A stretch of DNA of 63,536 nucleotides, counting the filler, from Collodictyon triciliatum (taxonomy: Eukaryota): the NCBI GenBank assembly GCA_043381765.1. It is 4 parts of 4 records of this genome, joined end to end, with 100 filler letters (N's around TTAATTAATTAA, not from the genome) between each part and the next. Parts side by side here need not be neighbours in the genome. Positions count along the whole stretch, not along the records: positions 1 to 24,682 come from JBHJMP010000410.1; 3 more parts are not named here. One strand, given 5' to 3'. Shown piece after piece: positions 1-13,000 of this stretch. Position 1 is the stretch's first letter; every line of letters starts with the position of its first letter. The notes beneath the pieces were generated by a model. It was not told the DNA's origin. It ran no database searches and saw only the letters and a list, made by a program, of their open reading frames with translations. The translations under genes and the position numbers were made by a program.

Positions 1-10
1 TTAATTTTTT

Positions 11-73
<63 letters not shown>

Positions 74-562
74 TTTTGTTTTGTTTTGTTCTGTTTTGTT
101 TTGTTCTGTTTTGTTTTGTTCTGTTTTGTTTTGTTCCAAGCACACCCAGCGCCGGTGGAGAGAATGGCTGGATGACTCTGCCGCACAGGGCGCGGCGTGA
201 TTCGTGGGGGCGGGTGTTTAGAGAGAAAGGGAGAGAAAGGCGCGGAGCAGCCGCACTTGCGAGAGAAGCCGCCAGCATTGCGCGACCGGGACTCTGCGGA
301 GGAAGCCTGGTCGGCGCATCGTCTGCCGTTAATGGTTTCGGTGGCCGTAGTGTTTCTTCGGGTTGATCGCTTTGCAGTCCTTTTCTGGGTCCGAGGAGAG
401 CCTCTCCAGAGTGATTTTCCTGCACATGCGTCAATGGTGTTACTTCTATCCAGCCCTCCTGAAGAGCCAAAGAACGAGCTGTTCTAAGCCATTGCTATTT
501 TTCTATATTCTTTTTTTTCCCTTTTTTTTTTTCCTTTCTCCTTTTTCTTTTTCGAGAAAGAA

Positions 563-3500
563 TTAGTACGGCGAGTTCTTGCTGAAGAAAGTAGAACAGC
601 TTCGCAAAAGATATAAGAAAAGTGGAAAAAGAAAAAAAAGAAAGGAAAAAAAAAAGAAAGGAGGGAGATAAGAGGGAAGGAAGGAAGGAAGGAAGAGAGA
701 AAGACACTCGTTAGTTGAGTTACCTGAAGGTCTCAAAGTTGCAAATAGAGCCTTCGCAACCAGGAATTGTTAAAGGTCTTCCGTCTTGCAAAACACGCAC
801 ATAGTGTTTTGCATCTACAAAAGAAAAAAATAATTCATATATTACATTTAATAAGATTTCAAAAAAAATTAATCAATTATATCGATGTGACATATTAACG
901 TTTCGATGCTGAACAAATGAATGTATGGGTTAGATTTGGTATAATGATTGCATCGGGTAATGGCAATATCAAAATTATTTGTGAGGTAACCATCATCCTC
1001 AAGTAGCTCGATGATGATGGACGATGCATAACCAGGCCAGACCCCATCAAACACATCGTACATTATCAGCCACGGAAGAACTAATCGCGTGAACAGTGTC
1101 TTTAGTATTTTTCAAAAACGAAGCAAAGGAATGGAATAGATATTCAAATACACAAAATAGCCATAACATTAAGGCCTGGGACTACTTACGAAACCTCTTC
1201 TTTTTTTTTTTTTTTTTTGTCGAGTGTTTGAAGTGTATACATACGAGTTGTGTCATGTCCAGAGTAGCACATGATTTTGTGAGGGGTTTGCTTGACAATG
1301 GCCATTTCTTGGTTGTGTAGAAGGTCCTTGACTAGACTAGTTTATATACTACGATTAAAATAGCGAAAAAAGAAGGTACACTTTAAAAATGCAAAGTCTT
1401 TGTCATACATACATACATACATACATACATACATACATACATACATACATACATACATACATACATACATACATACATACATACATACATACATACATAC
1501 ATACATGTATTGTTATTATTTTAGTAGTATTCATATTGTTCACAAAAAATTATATGAAATTGTTTTCTAGTGCATTAAAATTATCAAACCCATCCATGCT
1601 TCATTGAACAGACGTTCCGTGAATCCCAAATAATAAAAGTTTCATTCCATCAGATATTTTAAGATTATATCGATACGATATTTACGATAATTGACCAAGA
1701 AGCAAGGCATGGTTCGATAGGTAGGACTTACCGAAGAACAGAATACTCTTTCGGGCGAGTATAAGCAACCTAATAGGAGAAAATAAGGGAGAATGTAAAT
1801 GAAAATGAAGGATAGTCATTAGTTGAAGATCAAATGAACTCAAATGAAATATCGGATGACCGATTTTGATGTAGTAGTGGAAATTATATTCTAGTATTGC
1901 ACATCCAGACACAAACCCTCCATCCGATGAACTCAGATAGTCGAGCCATAAAAGCATCATCAATTTCAGGAGGCAGTTGCAAGTTGTGTGACTTGTAACA
2001 ATAAATAGACTCAAAATATCCTAGGGGAAAAAATAGCGAATGGAATGTGTTATTAAAAACGAAAACTTTAGAGAGCAAAAATAAAGATATTTAGCGGCTG
2101 ATAAAGGTATGATTCGCTAGTTTAGGACCTCTGGATTGAAAAAAAAAAGTGAGAGAAGGCGTAATGTAATTATGTTTTTTTTTTTTTTAGGAATATATAT
2201 GACTCGATATGGGTTAGTGTGAAATGAGGCTGATATAACACAAGACAAACCAATCCAACTGAATTGAGAATGAGGAAAAACTTTCATAAGAGTATTCTTT
2301 ACATCTTGATATTCTGCCTCCTTATTTCTGTACTCCTATTTCGAAAAAAAAATTGTGACGAATTAATTAGCTTTTCGAAACTACTAAATTAAACTAACTG
2401 AACAAAAAAAAAAAAAAAGAATATGAATATGAATATGAATATCAATCAAGAGACCTCGTTTTCTTTTTTTTCGTCCACGATTTGGAATATCCGCGGACAA
2501 TGCATTACAGTTGATAAACTATGTAATTTATATATGTGCCATGCAAGAAAGAAAGAAAAATAGAGTTAATAGATCGGATTTTCTCTGTGAAAATGGGTGT
2601 ATTTCTGGCCGATATTGTGGTATTTTTTTTTAATTGTGTGTCAGTAAGAAATGAGGATTGTATAGATGTGCACATGTAAATAAATTACAAGAAATTTTAC
2701 ATAGCCTCTCCTGGTGGGAAGTAACTGTAAATGGGCACAGTTTCCTTGTTAGGACGAGTGGAGGCAGGATAAAGTCCCAATAAAAATGCCTATTGAATGC
2801 CATTTTAAACTATCTTTCCTTGATATATATTCCTTCAATGATTTTGGGAGAGAGGACATTTTCAATAAAAATAAAATGATCGTAATTATGAGTTTACAGT
2901 AGTAGACAAGCGTTGTATTACATAGAACTTGTATCTACCTGAGCTGATTTCTGGGTTCTGATGAGCGGGGAAGAGCGAACAAACATAACATTCGGATCCA
3001 TATTTTCGGGCAAAAAATTGGACTCTATCACATACTGTTTTTTTTTTCGGGATGGTCATAAGCATATGATATTGATGCAAGCACTATTGCTCTAGCCCGA
3101 GGTGGTCTGAGTAGTTTGGTGAGTTTGTGATAGATTGGTGAGTACCCTATTGCGCATATATTCACCCAACTTCCTTGTTTGTTCTGTACCCTTCTTGGTG
3201 AGGATTCCTGTGTGTTTGTTATAGGGAATGAAAAGCACAAAGATAGCTCGCTTTCAAGATGCAGACCTAACTAACAGAACTTGTTCAAGAAAAGAGAAAA
3301 AGCGGTATGATACCGAATGGCGGCTTCTGGTGCTGATAAGAAACGCTCAGATGGGCGACTGGATCAACAATGGGGCTTGCATCAAGGACAGTGGGCTCAT
3401 CGACGATCTTTTTCCAAGTCACAAAGTCATTTTCATGCAGAGGTGTAATAGGAGAACGATCCCCATGACGAAATATCACTAATTTTTTTTTATGATTGTT

Positions 3501-4029
3501 ATTGAGTAGGATATACATCTATATTTCCTTTTCATAGGAATAACTATGTATCGGTGGTCGGTTGCCTGGTATAGTCGAGAGCAGAAAGAGCATAAAAAGC
3601 CAAGGGTTGTTGGGCTCTCAGGACTCATATGGCTCAACACCCACCTTGAACAAACTTGACGCGAAGATTGCTGAATGGAACTGGGGTACGCCCCAAGAAA
3701 CTATGATCGCAGTAGACAGACAGCTAGGCAACAATAATCCCCAGCCACACGTAGTTTATGATTGAACAGAGCGAGTGGGAACAGGAGATATATGCAAGTA
3801 AGCATTATAGTTAAGCTGACAACGGCGAAGCACTAGGATATTACGTTCAAGGTATGCAGAAGAATAAGAGGCTCTCTCTTGATTCTTTTCTTTTCATGTC
3901 TTTTGTCTTTTTTTTTTTTTTTGAACCCCTTCTTCTTCCTTTCAATCTTGCTATTTGTGTCTGGGAGTCTACCTGATCCTTCTGGGTGAGGAGAAGACCA
4001 ATAAGCGGAATCGCCCCGAATCGCAGCAT
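563..4029 (-). CDS. Histidine acid phosphatase (branch 2, ACP6/lysosomal acid phosphatase-like), multi-exon
   Basis: Manual splicing gives LRVKFVQ|VIFRHGDRSP (RHGxRxP, about 3700-3455), GILTKKGTEQTRKLGEYMRNR, FVRSSPLIRTQKSAQ|AFLLGLYP, YSGHDTT (HD motif, about 1270-1250), WPGYASSIIIELL and YVRVLQDGRPLTIPGCEGSIC. The N-terminus is hydrophobic (MLRFGAIPLIGLLL). The start and the last exon are provisional. Confidence 0.9.
1415..1506. repeat. (TACA)n microsatellite, intronic
   Basis: Tetranucleotide array read directly. Confidence 0.95.
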
Positions 4030-4566
4030 CTTTGAAGACAAAAATGTCGTGAGTCTGATCAATGTATTGGTGCTTGTCCGTGTGGAGAAGCTGCATATTC
4101 GTGCGGGGCTCTGGTAAGACCACGCGCCAAATGATCCTCTCTGTCCCCACAAATACACGGGACGGCGATTTCCGGCACAGATATTTTCCACATTTAGATA
4201 AAAATTTCCCGAGGTGGGCTGGGTGGCATTTCCACATGTGGTTGAGCGAAAATCTGGTGCGTCGACAGCGAGGCGGAGGAGGTAAGGGCTGAAGGCCAAG
4301 GCCTGCTGAATCTCTGCTTTGTGCGTTTTATGTCGGCCCAACCTGAGACTGCCTGGTAAAGACTTTTTTTTTCTCTTTTTCCTTTTTGTTTTTGTTTTTG
4401 TTTTTGTTTTTGTTTTTGTTTTTGTTTTTGTTTTTGTTGTTGATGGTGGCGTTCGTGAGGTTGGTGATGTCGATGTTTGTTTTCTTTCGGATGATAGATA
4501 AGAAGGGAGACTGTCCCGGCTGGCTCCGGTGAGATTTTGTGATTCGGGAGAAGCCCGAGCCTGCCC

Positions 4567-5825
4567 TTAGTCCGAGTCGCTGTCGATGGATTCGAGGCGG
4601 ACGCGCTTGGGTTTCTTTGTCTTGCACAGGCCACAGCAGAAAATCGCCCTGCAGCAGGACTTGAGGCCTCGGCACACCTTGACAAGCACGAAACAGAGGA
4701 GCAGCCCACCCACGACCGCGCCAACAGCAATGCCGATGTAGATATAAATATCATGCTTGGCTGACTACAGGAACATAGGTGTGTGGGTGTGAGTCGAGAA
4801 GTGAGAACTCTATGGGGCTTATGTTGACTCTGGACACGCTATTGTGACATCGCTTTCTTAACTAAAATATTACGGGGTCTTCCACGATGATAACTTCGTC
4901 ATTGTATGTGACAGAGATGACTTTGAGGTCGATGAGAACCTGTATGGAAAAGCGTTCGATTACATATACTATTCGTCACCATCTTCGCTGGTGGTTGAGG
5001 TAATAAAGTAGTTCCCAATTGATGATGTTCGCAATTAAAGTAAATGGGGAAAGGAAACGTAGCGCCTTATGACATGAATACAGCTTAAACACCAAGCGTG
5101 TGCAACCAACATATATGAGAAAGATAAAGTTACGACATAGGTTGCTTACAGCGGCTCTTTCGTTAATATGCAAAAAGAAATCGATAGAATAAAATATTAT
5201 CTCGTGATACGTACTTCGTCACCCTCTCTCGCAGCGCTTAGGATTCTGTCCACAATTTCAATACCAGTCACGGGTGAATCTACGCGGTCGAATATCGCTA
5301 CCGACAGAATGATACTATCAGGGGTAAACTTCGGTGATGAGGGGCGCAGTTGTCCCAAGGGGAGATTGAGTCCCTCGGCCTAATTAAGTATGTATTATCA
5401 CTTAATTTGTTTCCGTTGAAACATTTACCAAGTGTTCTTCAAAGGTAAAATGGATGGTATAGCGTGTCAATCCTTGAATGAAATGTCGTCTTACCAGCTC
5501 TTCAACAAAATCAACTTCATCAAAATCATCTGGCTCCGACTCCGGCTCGATGTTGAAAACAACCACGTAATTCCCCTCTAAATAAAAGGTTTAAAAACGT
5601 CGGATGAATTCGAAATGAATTTTTTAAAACAAATAAATATCTTTCAGTTATAACAAAGGTGTACTTGGAGAATGGGACTGGGACTGGGACTGGGACTGGG
5701 ACTGAGATTGCGATTGCGATTGAGACTGAGACTGAGACTGAGACTGAGACTGAGACTGAGACTGAGACTGAGACTGAGACTGAGACTGAGACTGAGACTG
5801 AGACTGAGACTGAGACTGAGACTGA

Positions 5826-5856
<31 letters not shown>

Positions 5857-7863
5857 ACTGGGACTGGGATTGGGACTGGGACCGAGACGGAGACTGAGAC
5901 TGAGACCGAGACGGAGACGGAGACTGGGATTGGGATTGGGACCGAGGCGGAGACTGAGACTGAGACTGAGACTGAGACTGAGACGGAGACTGAGACGGAG
6001 ACGGAGACTGAGACTGAGACTGAGACTGAGACTGAGACTGAGACGGAGACGGAGACGGAGACGGAGACTGAGACTGAGACTGAGACTGAGACGGAGACTG
6101 AGACTGAGACTGAGACTGAGACTGAGACTGAGACTGAGACGGAGACTGAGACGGAGACGGAGACGGAGACGGAGACTGAGACGGAGACGGAGACTGAGAC
6201 GGAGAGTCCTCATTCAAAAGCTTGAGACCTTTTTGAATGTTGCCTATTCTGCGACTATTCCATAAAAAATAATCAGTGATGGTATTAGTGGACATGGGGT
6301 ACACTTCGCTTACCGGAAGGCGTTTTCCTCTCCTATTGTCAGCCATACGATAATTTATCAACACGCATACACAGAAAGACCGTGGAATAAGTGAAAATGT
6401 ATAAGAAAATTTGTACGTAGTCATTATTTGGTCTATTTACATATTATTGTTGAATATGATAAAAGCAATTCGGATATCACAAACTTCCATGAAGAAATTG
6501 TATTATTAAATAAGCAAAAATGGTAAGGCTTTCATTTTTCAATAACTAGCCATTTAAGTGAGTGCTTTTATCTCGTAATCAATTACTTGGCAGTGATGAA
6601 AACAGCAAAAGATATTTGGACTTATGATGAGCAAGGCCTTTATTTTCAGTGCTTGGTTTGAGAACAACCTCGGGGAAAATATAAAACTACAAAATTTAAA
6701 CAGTTTTAATTGAGCTTTCTGAACCAGATAGTAATGTTCGTTCCTATGAATCTAATTAGCTTTCTAAAATTATTATAAGTTAGGGTGAATATTTCATACG
6801 TTTAGCACCATTTCAATCGGCACAATAGAGTCGAAATAGGAGATAGAACATAGAACATAGAACATAGAACATAGAACATAGAACATAGAACATAGAACAT
6901 AGAAGATAGAAAAATAACGTTGGTGATGTAGCGGGAGAGGGAGGACGCCTCGAGTGAGTTGAAGAGGATAAAATCAAGATCAAAGCCTAACAAAACCCGA
7001 GATAATTACGTAGTCGATGAGTCTTTAACATTTGTATCACTTTGCAAGTCTGAAAAAACGTGTATTCTAAAAAAATTCTTCATTCGTAATATTAATCTAT
7101 ATCGGAATATTCATGGTTCACCATGCAAACAAAACTTTAATTTTTCCTTATCATGACATGATCAGGAATTCTATCATCCTTAAAATGCATCTACCTAGAG
7201 GAAGGTCGCAATTTCCAGAAAGCAAAACCTCTATGCTGTCGGAGAGGAAACATCTTTCACGCTGCGAATATGTAAAAGAATTATACATTGGCTGTCTCAT
7301 TAGAAACAGCATGTGACAGTTCAAGGATGGGAAAACACATTCGAACTAGATATTATATCTAAATGTGTCGCTCAAATTCCAATTCCAATTCTAATTCTAA
7401 ATCTAAATCTAAATCTAAATCTAAATCTAAATCTAATAATAATAATAATAATAATACAGTGATAGAGAGGATGAGAGAATGCGAGGTTTTCTCAGCAGAC
7501 AGCGGCAGGCCTCGAAGGGTTCCGAATGAAACAGTATTATCTGTTCCAATGCTAAGCTCCATCAATTTATCATCGACAGATATGGTGAGAATATGACCGG
7601 CCCTGCAGAAGAGAAATACTTCTTAGAACAAGGGATCGTGATGAGGAGAAAAAATACATAGTTAACAGATTAAAGACCAAAGTTTTTTTTTCATTCGCGT
7701 TTTCAAAATGAAGTTCTTAGTATTCAAGTAGACGATACCTCGGGGACTCCAGGTCTAGGCTGAAACTCAGTGAAAACCCATATGAATGCTGGAGGAGTGG
7801 ATTGTTTGTAGTAATCCAGCCACGATCAGATTTTGTCAGGTGTTCTTTCTATTGGATTTCGTA

Positions 7864-7961
<98 letters not shown>

Positions 7962-8295
7962 TGTGAGTTTATCAAGGGATGTTAGCTTTTGTTGTATTGC
8001 TCTTCTGCAAAATGGCATAAGGCTGTCGAATGAAAGATAGAGTAAAGATATGAGGAACGAAAAGAGAAGGTAATGAAAAGAAAGCAAACACGCGACTAAA
8101 GTTTGGCCATTCAGTGACGGCAACCGTTAAGTGTCTCAAGTTTAAAAGTGATGAGTAAGGGCAACAAAAAAGAAAAAGATAATAAAATATTCGACCGACC
8201 CCGTCTAAAGGGATAGCTCCACAAGCAACGGAAAGGACTAGAGCGAAAAATGCTGCAGCGATCGTCTGATTGGGCTTTCTCATTTCTGATGACAC
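4567..8295 (-). CDS. Type I membrane mucin-like protein: signal peptide, N-terminal domain, Ser/Gln/Pro stalk, SEA-like domain, TM helix, Cys-rich tail
   Basis: Signal-like [26 protein letters not shown] at 8295. Exon about 6334-5665 carries the (SQ/SP)n tract. In-phase GT-AG exons follow: [59 protein letters not shown]...[93 protein letters not shown]. Joining the 6.6-8.3 kb exons to this part is less certain. Confidence 0.75.
5674..6203. repeat. Coding hexamer microsatellite (GAGACT/GAGACG/GGGACT)n, reads SQ/SP on the minus strand
   Basis: About 530 bp of hexamer units inside an open minus-strand exon. Confidence 0.95.
7865..7958. repeat. (AAT)n microsatellite, intronic
   Basis: Read directly. 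Confidence 0.95.
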
Positions 8296-8354
8296 CAGAA
8301 AGACCTCGAAAGTAAATAGTTACCAGGCAGAACTCTTGTTATTATTACATGGGT

Positions 8355-8548
8355 GTGTGTTTTTATGTGCGCTTTTACGTGTGTTTGTGTGTTTTTTTAT
8401 GTGTTTTTATGTCTTTTTTTATGTCTTTTTATATGTGTGTTTTTTTTATGTGTTTTTTTTTATGTGTTTTTTTTTATGTGTTTTTTTTTATGTGTTTTTT
8501 TTTATGTGTTTTTTTTATGTGTTTTTTTTTATGTGTTTTTTTTTATGT

Positions 8549-8625
<77 letters not shown>

Positions 8626-8668
8626 TGTTTTTTTTTTTTTGTGTTTTTTTTTTTATGTGTTTTTTTGT
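8355..8668. repeat. T-rich low-complexity tract, (TTTTTTATGTG)n plus poly-T
   Basis: Read directly; A-rich on the minus strand, upstream of the gene starting at 8295. Confidence 0.9.
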
Positions 8669-9823
8669 GCGCACCGGGGATCACAAGCTGCAGCCACCTG
8701 GATGGATAGGCGTCGAGTGGCTGCGATCGAAGGTTGTGCCGACCGGAAAATTCCGTAATTATGGCCAAATTAAATTCACATTAACCACCTTCGTAATTGT
8801 GTTGTGTGCATAAGTATATCATTTCAAAAAATCATCCATATTAAATATTATGAAATTATAATAACCTAGTATTTTTAATAAAATATTGAAAAATCAGTCT
8901 GCAATACATAATTTAAATATCGATTAGTAAATAATTTCCATATTTGAATTTCAAGTTTCTGCAGAAAAGTTTTGCCAGGGACAAAATCAGCTCAACAAAG
9001 CTTGTTATTTAATTGTAATAGGTGGATGAGAATGAATCGATGCGATGGCAACAACCCGAATGAGTTTCCCTTGCTCGTCTCTGTGGCTAAGAAGAAAACT
9101 ATGAGATAAGTGTTATCTTGCAGCTTTGTTGATCGCCTGGGCTGTTGTTAACTTTTGACGTGGTACTTTGAACCGAGTAAAGGAAAAAAACTTTTGACGT
9201 GGTAAAAAAAAAGAAAAAAAAAGTCTCGCTTGTTTTAACGATATCCTTCGAGAACTCCATTTGCAATTATGAAATAGCCCACTATTGTCTATTTTAGCTG
9301 GGTACGTCGTAGTTTGTGTCGTTTGGTTAAAAAAAAAATGGTAGTGCAATCGTAAAAATAGAAGACGCCAAAAAAAAAAAATTTAAAATTTTACTANNNN
9401 NNNNNNNNNNNNNNNNNNNNNNNNNNNNNNNNNNNNNNNNNNNNNNNNNNNNNNNNNNNNNNNNNNNNNNNNNNNNNNNNNNNNNNNNNNNNNNNNNNNN
9501 NNNNNNNNNNNNNNNNNNNNNNNNNNNNNNNNNNNNNNNNNNNNNNNNNNNNNNNNNNNNNNNNNNNNNNNNNNNNNNNNNNNNNNNNNNNNNNNNNNNN
9601 NNNNNNNNNNNNNNNNNNNNNNNNNNNNNNNNNNNNNNNNNNNNNNNNNNNNNNNNNNNNNNNNNNNNNNNNNNNNNNNNNNNNNNNNNNNNNNNNNNNN
9701 NNNNNNNNNNNNNNNNNNNNNNNNNNNNNNNNNNNNNNNNNNNNNNNNNNNNNNNNNNNNNNNNNNNNNNNNNNNNNNNNNNNNNNNNNNNNNNNNNNNN
9801 NNNNNNNNNNNNNNNNNNNNNNN

Positions 9824-9874
<51 letters not shown>

Positions 9875-10027
9875 CAATTAAATTATGGTATATTAGTATT
9901 GGTAACTGTCAATGGTGTAATAGGGACAATACTATAGTTATGAGATAACAATAAAACAAAAAGAACGCACGGTCTGACTATTTAATTCACAGCAGAGACA
10001 AAACAATAGGAAGCTCCAGTCGAACCA

Positions 10028-13000
10028 ATGTCAGAGATTTTCCGAGCCATGGATAATGTGAAAGTTTTGGATTCCAATATTTGTCATGTTTGGATTTTCC
10101 CTTTATTTATTTATTTATTTATTTACCAATTTGTTTTTATTTATTGATTGATTTAAACATTACATTAATGTCAAATATTCTCGAACGTTGCATACAGCAA
10201 ATTACTGTTGACTATTATTTTACAATATATCAAACACCTTAATTCGTTCAGAACAATATGGAGAAACTATGCGAACTTTCGAGATTCATGCAAAACTCCA
10301 TCGGTCACTCAGGAAGCTCAAAGTTATTCTCGTCAGAAGGCAAATATTTATATGGAAAAAAAAACATGAATTTTTTTTTTGTTCAAATCGTCAAAAAAAA
10401 AAAAAGCATACTGAGTAAAAATATGGCTTAATCTTAATTTCATTTAAGACTTCATTTTGGATAGAAGGTTTGCTTCAGTCAAGTTTTCATGGGCACACAA
10501 TTATAAAATTGATGAAATCAAGAGACCCCATAATACTATTGGTCAGCGATGCTTTGCAACTGCAATTTGAAAGATATGGCGATGGTACAGATTTTAAGGG
10601 GTTTCTATAACAAATTAAAGTCTATGAAAAGAGGGGACAACGAATTGAAAACCTCCATCAGACACCTTCTCTTACTCAATACAGCAAATTATGCATTTAT
10701 TTTCAAATGAATATTCCTCATATTGACGCTCGAATCAAATAAGAGGGTGACTTTTTATTTGAATACTTATTTTAAATATAACGTGATTTGGATAGGGACT
10801 GTATGTTTGGTGATTTTTCTTGGCGAATTAGCACGAAAAACTTTGAACCTTCTAAAAATGGGTGCCAATAAATATCAAATATCAAAAGGATTTATGGTAG
10901 GATTCTGAATTGTAGCACGTCTACTTTTTTTTTTTTGCTCCCTTTATTCGATTTAAAGTGGTAGCATGTCTACTTAAAAATTGTAGGTGCTACTCTGTTT
11001 TTGGATACTAATTTCATTATGAATTATAAGAATTACATTTTATTTTTAAATAAATCAAGATCCCAGCAAATAAATTTTAATTTTTTTTTTTTGTTTATAT
11101 GTGGATAGGAGGCTATGAAAATAAGCAATCAAATTGCTTCTGATGTGACCATTGAAACAGACATCAATTCGTTCAAGATTTTGAAATCTTCCTTGATCAA
11201 GGGGTGCACACAGAGAGAACGTGAGACATTTTGTCAACTACTCTTAGGGTAAGATATAAGCTTGGTCCAGCGCTTTTTAGAATGATCGTGGTGTCTCTTA
11301 CTTCCTTCATTTTTTTCTCTCTAATCAGCTCGAGAGTCTATTTTTTTTATCGGGTGTGCCTCCTATATTGTTGAAAAACGTTTAGATTACAAGCAAGATG
11401 TTTGCTTATTTATTACTCTACTGCATGCATAGATATTATCCTAAATTTATTGTCTTACGAATGATTTGCTCAATATATGTATAATATATACAGCAAAGAA
11501 GAAACCTCGCCAGGAGATCGTTTAAACATCCCTCCTTCGTTTGACATCATACAATTCTCAACAAACCCTGTAGAAAGTTCTTCATGTTTCTGGGGGTGTG
11601 CTATAGAGAGAGGAAAACACAACCCTAATATAGCTGATGTAAATAATAACCATTTTTATTGTAATTGTCTTGTTTTCCCATTTATTTTATTTCGATCTGT
11701 AACCAGAATATCAGAAACACACAGATGTACATGTGGCACTTTTCTCCTGCCCATTGGAACCAAGGAGAGTTAAAACAAAGCACTCTGTTACAACAAGTTC
11801 TGTATCAGAAATATCTGATTTAAGCATTCTGTACAGGAAGTATGTACTTTTTTTTTTTGTTTAAAGAGATCACGATTATGAAGCCTATGATTACGTAGAT
11901 AATCTGAAAATATTACACTCAAAGGCAAGCATTAGAGTTTGTAGAAAAATTAAAGGCAGAAAATGTTGGTATCGTCATTTGTCAATGGAACGTATCAAAT
12001 TTACTTTTAGAAATTCTAAGAGAGTCAAACATAATCGTATACAGATGGATATCGGGTTAGGAATTTTTTTTTTTAATGCTCGTAAATTTAATTATCCACT
12101 CATCTCCAAGTTATTGACCCTTGGTATATTTATACCCGAATCAGAATTGTGTCAATTATTAATTATATCTTCTTTTTCTTTTAAAAAACTTTGTCCTCAT
12201 TAATCCTAATTCTTGATATTTCTATATGGTCTTTATTACGATCATTCATATTATCATGACCAGACACCGCTGAGCATTCATTTTAAGATTAATGAAACGC
12301 ATTTAGGCTCTTCCATGGATAGAATATCCGACGCAGCTAATTGTGTCATTTGTCCTGACTTTATCAACTTTTGCTCCCAGCATGTGGGATTTATAGAAAA
12401 GGTTATACTTTTTTTAAATTACAAGCACTCTTAAGGTATGTTTGGTAGAATTTCAGAGTTAAATTTTTGTGAATCATCAACCAGAATAGGGGAAATACGC
12501 ATAGGCATACTTTTATAAATTCTCTCAAAACTAGATTTATGATATATCTTAAATGATACAGATTGAACAAGTTTGGGATTCTAGTACGGAGACCCCTTTT
12601 ATTTTATTCCAAACACTGAGTCAAACACAAAAGACTATACTTGTAATTCCTAATATGATATACCATCGTTTTTGCACTAGATGTATATTATACATACTTT
12701 AACTTGACTCTATGATAAAGTTATCTTCTCCGACGTCAATTAAAAAACAACAATACAAGGAATGCATTAACAAAAGTGTTAGGGTCATGCGGTCAGTCAT
12801 CTCCTTGCATAACCTTTTCGATATATTTTAATTGAATTATATATGTGTTTGTTATATAAAGCGTGGTGTGTAATTATATTGTATATTACTCATATATGCT
12901 TACCATGCCATTAAAACTCCCTTATATAACCAGAAAGAAGCATTCGTATTGAGTTGTGTAAGATGGATTGGCATTTTAAATTAATTCTGAATTATTTCGT

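Noticed and set aside
4976..5173. 65-aa minus-strand ORF
   Set aside because: Lies inside the inferred intron between the AREGDE and VLIDLK exons
5644..6265. Overlapping ORFs LRLSL.., ETETE.. and LRLRL.. on both strands
   Set aside because: By-products of a stop-free hexamer repeat; only the SQ/SP frame joins the flanking exons in phase
8270..8813. Phe/Cys/Val-rich ORFs, and similar poly-F/K/Y/N ORFs elsewhere
   Set aside because: Translations of microsatellites, homopolymers or N-gaps
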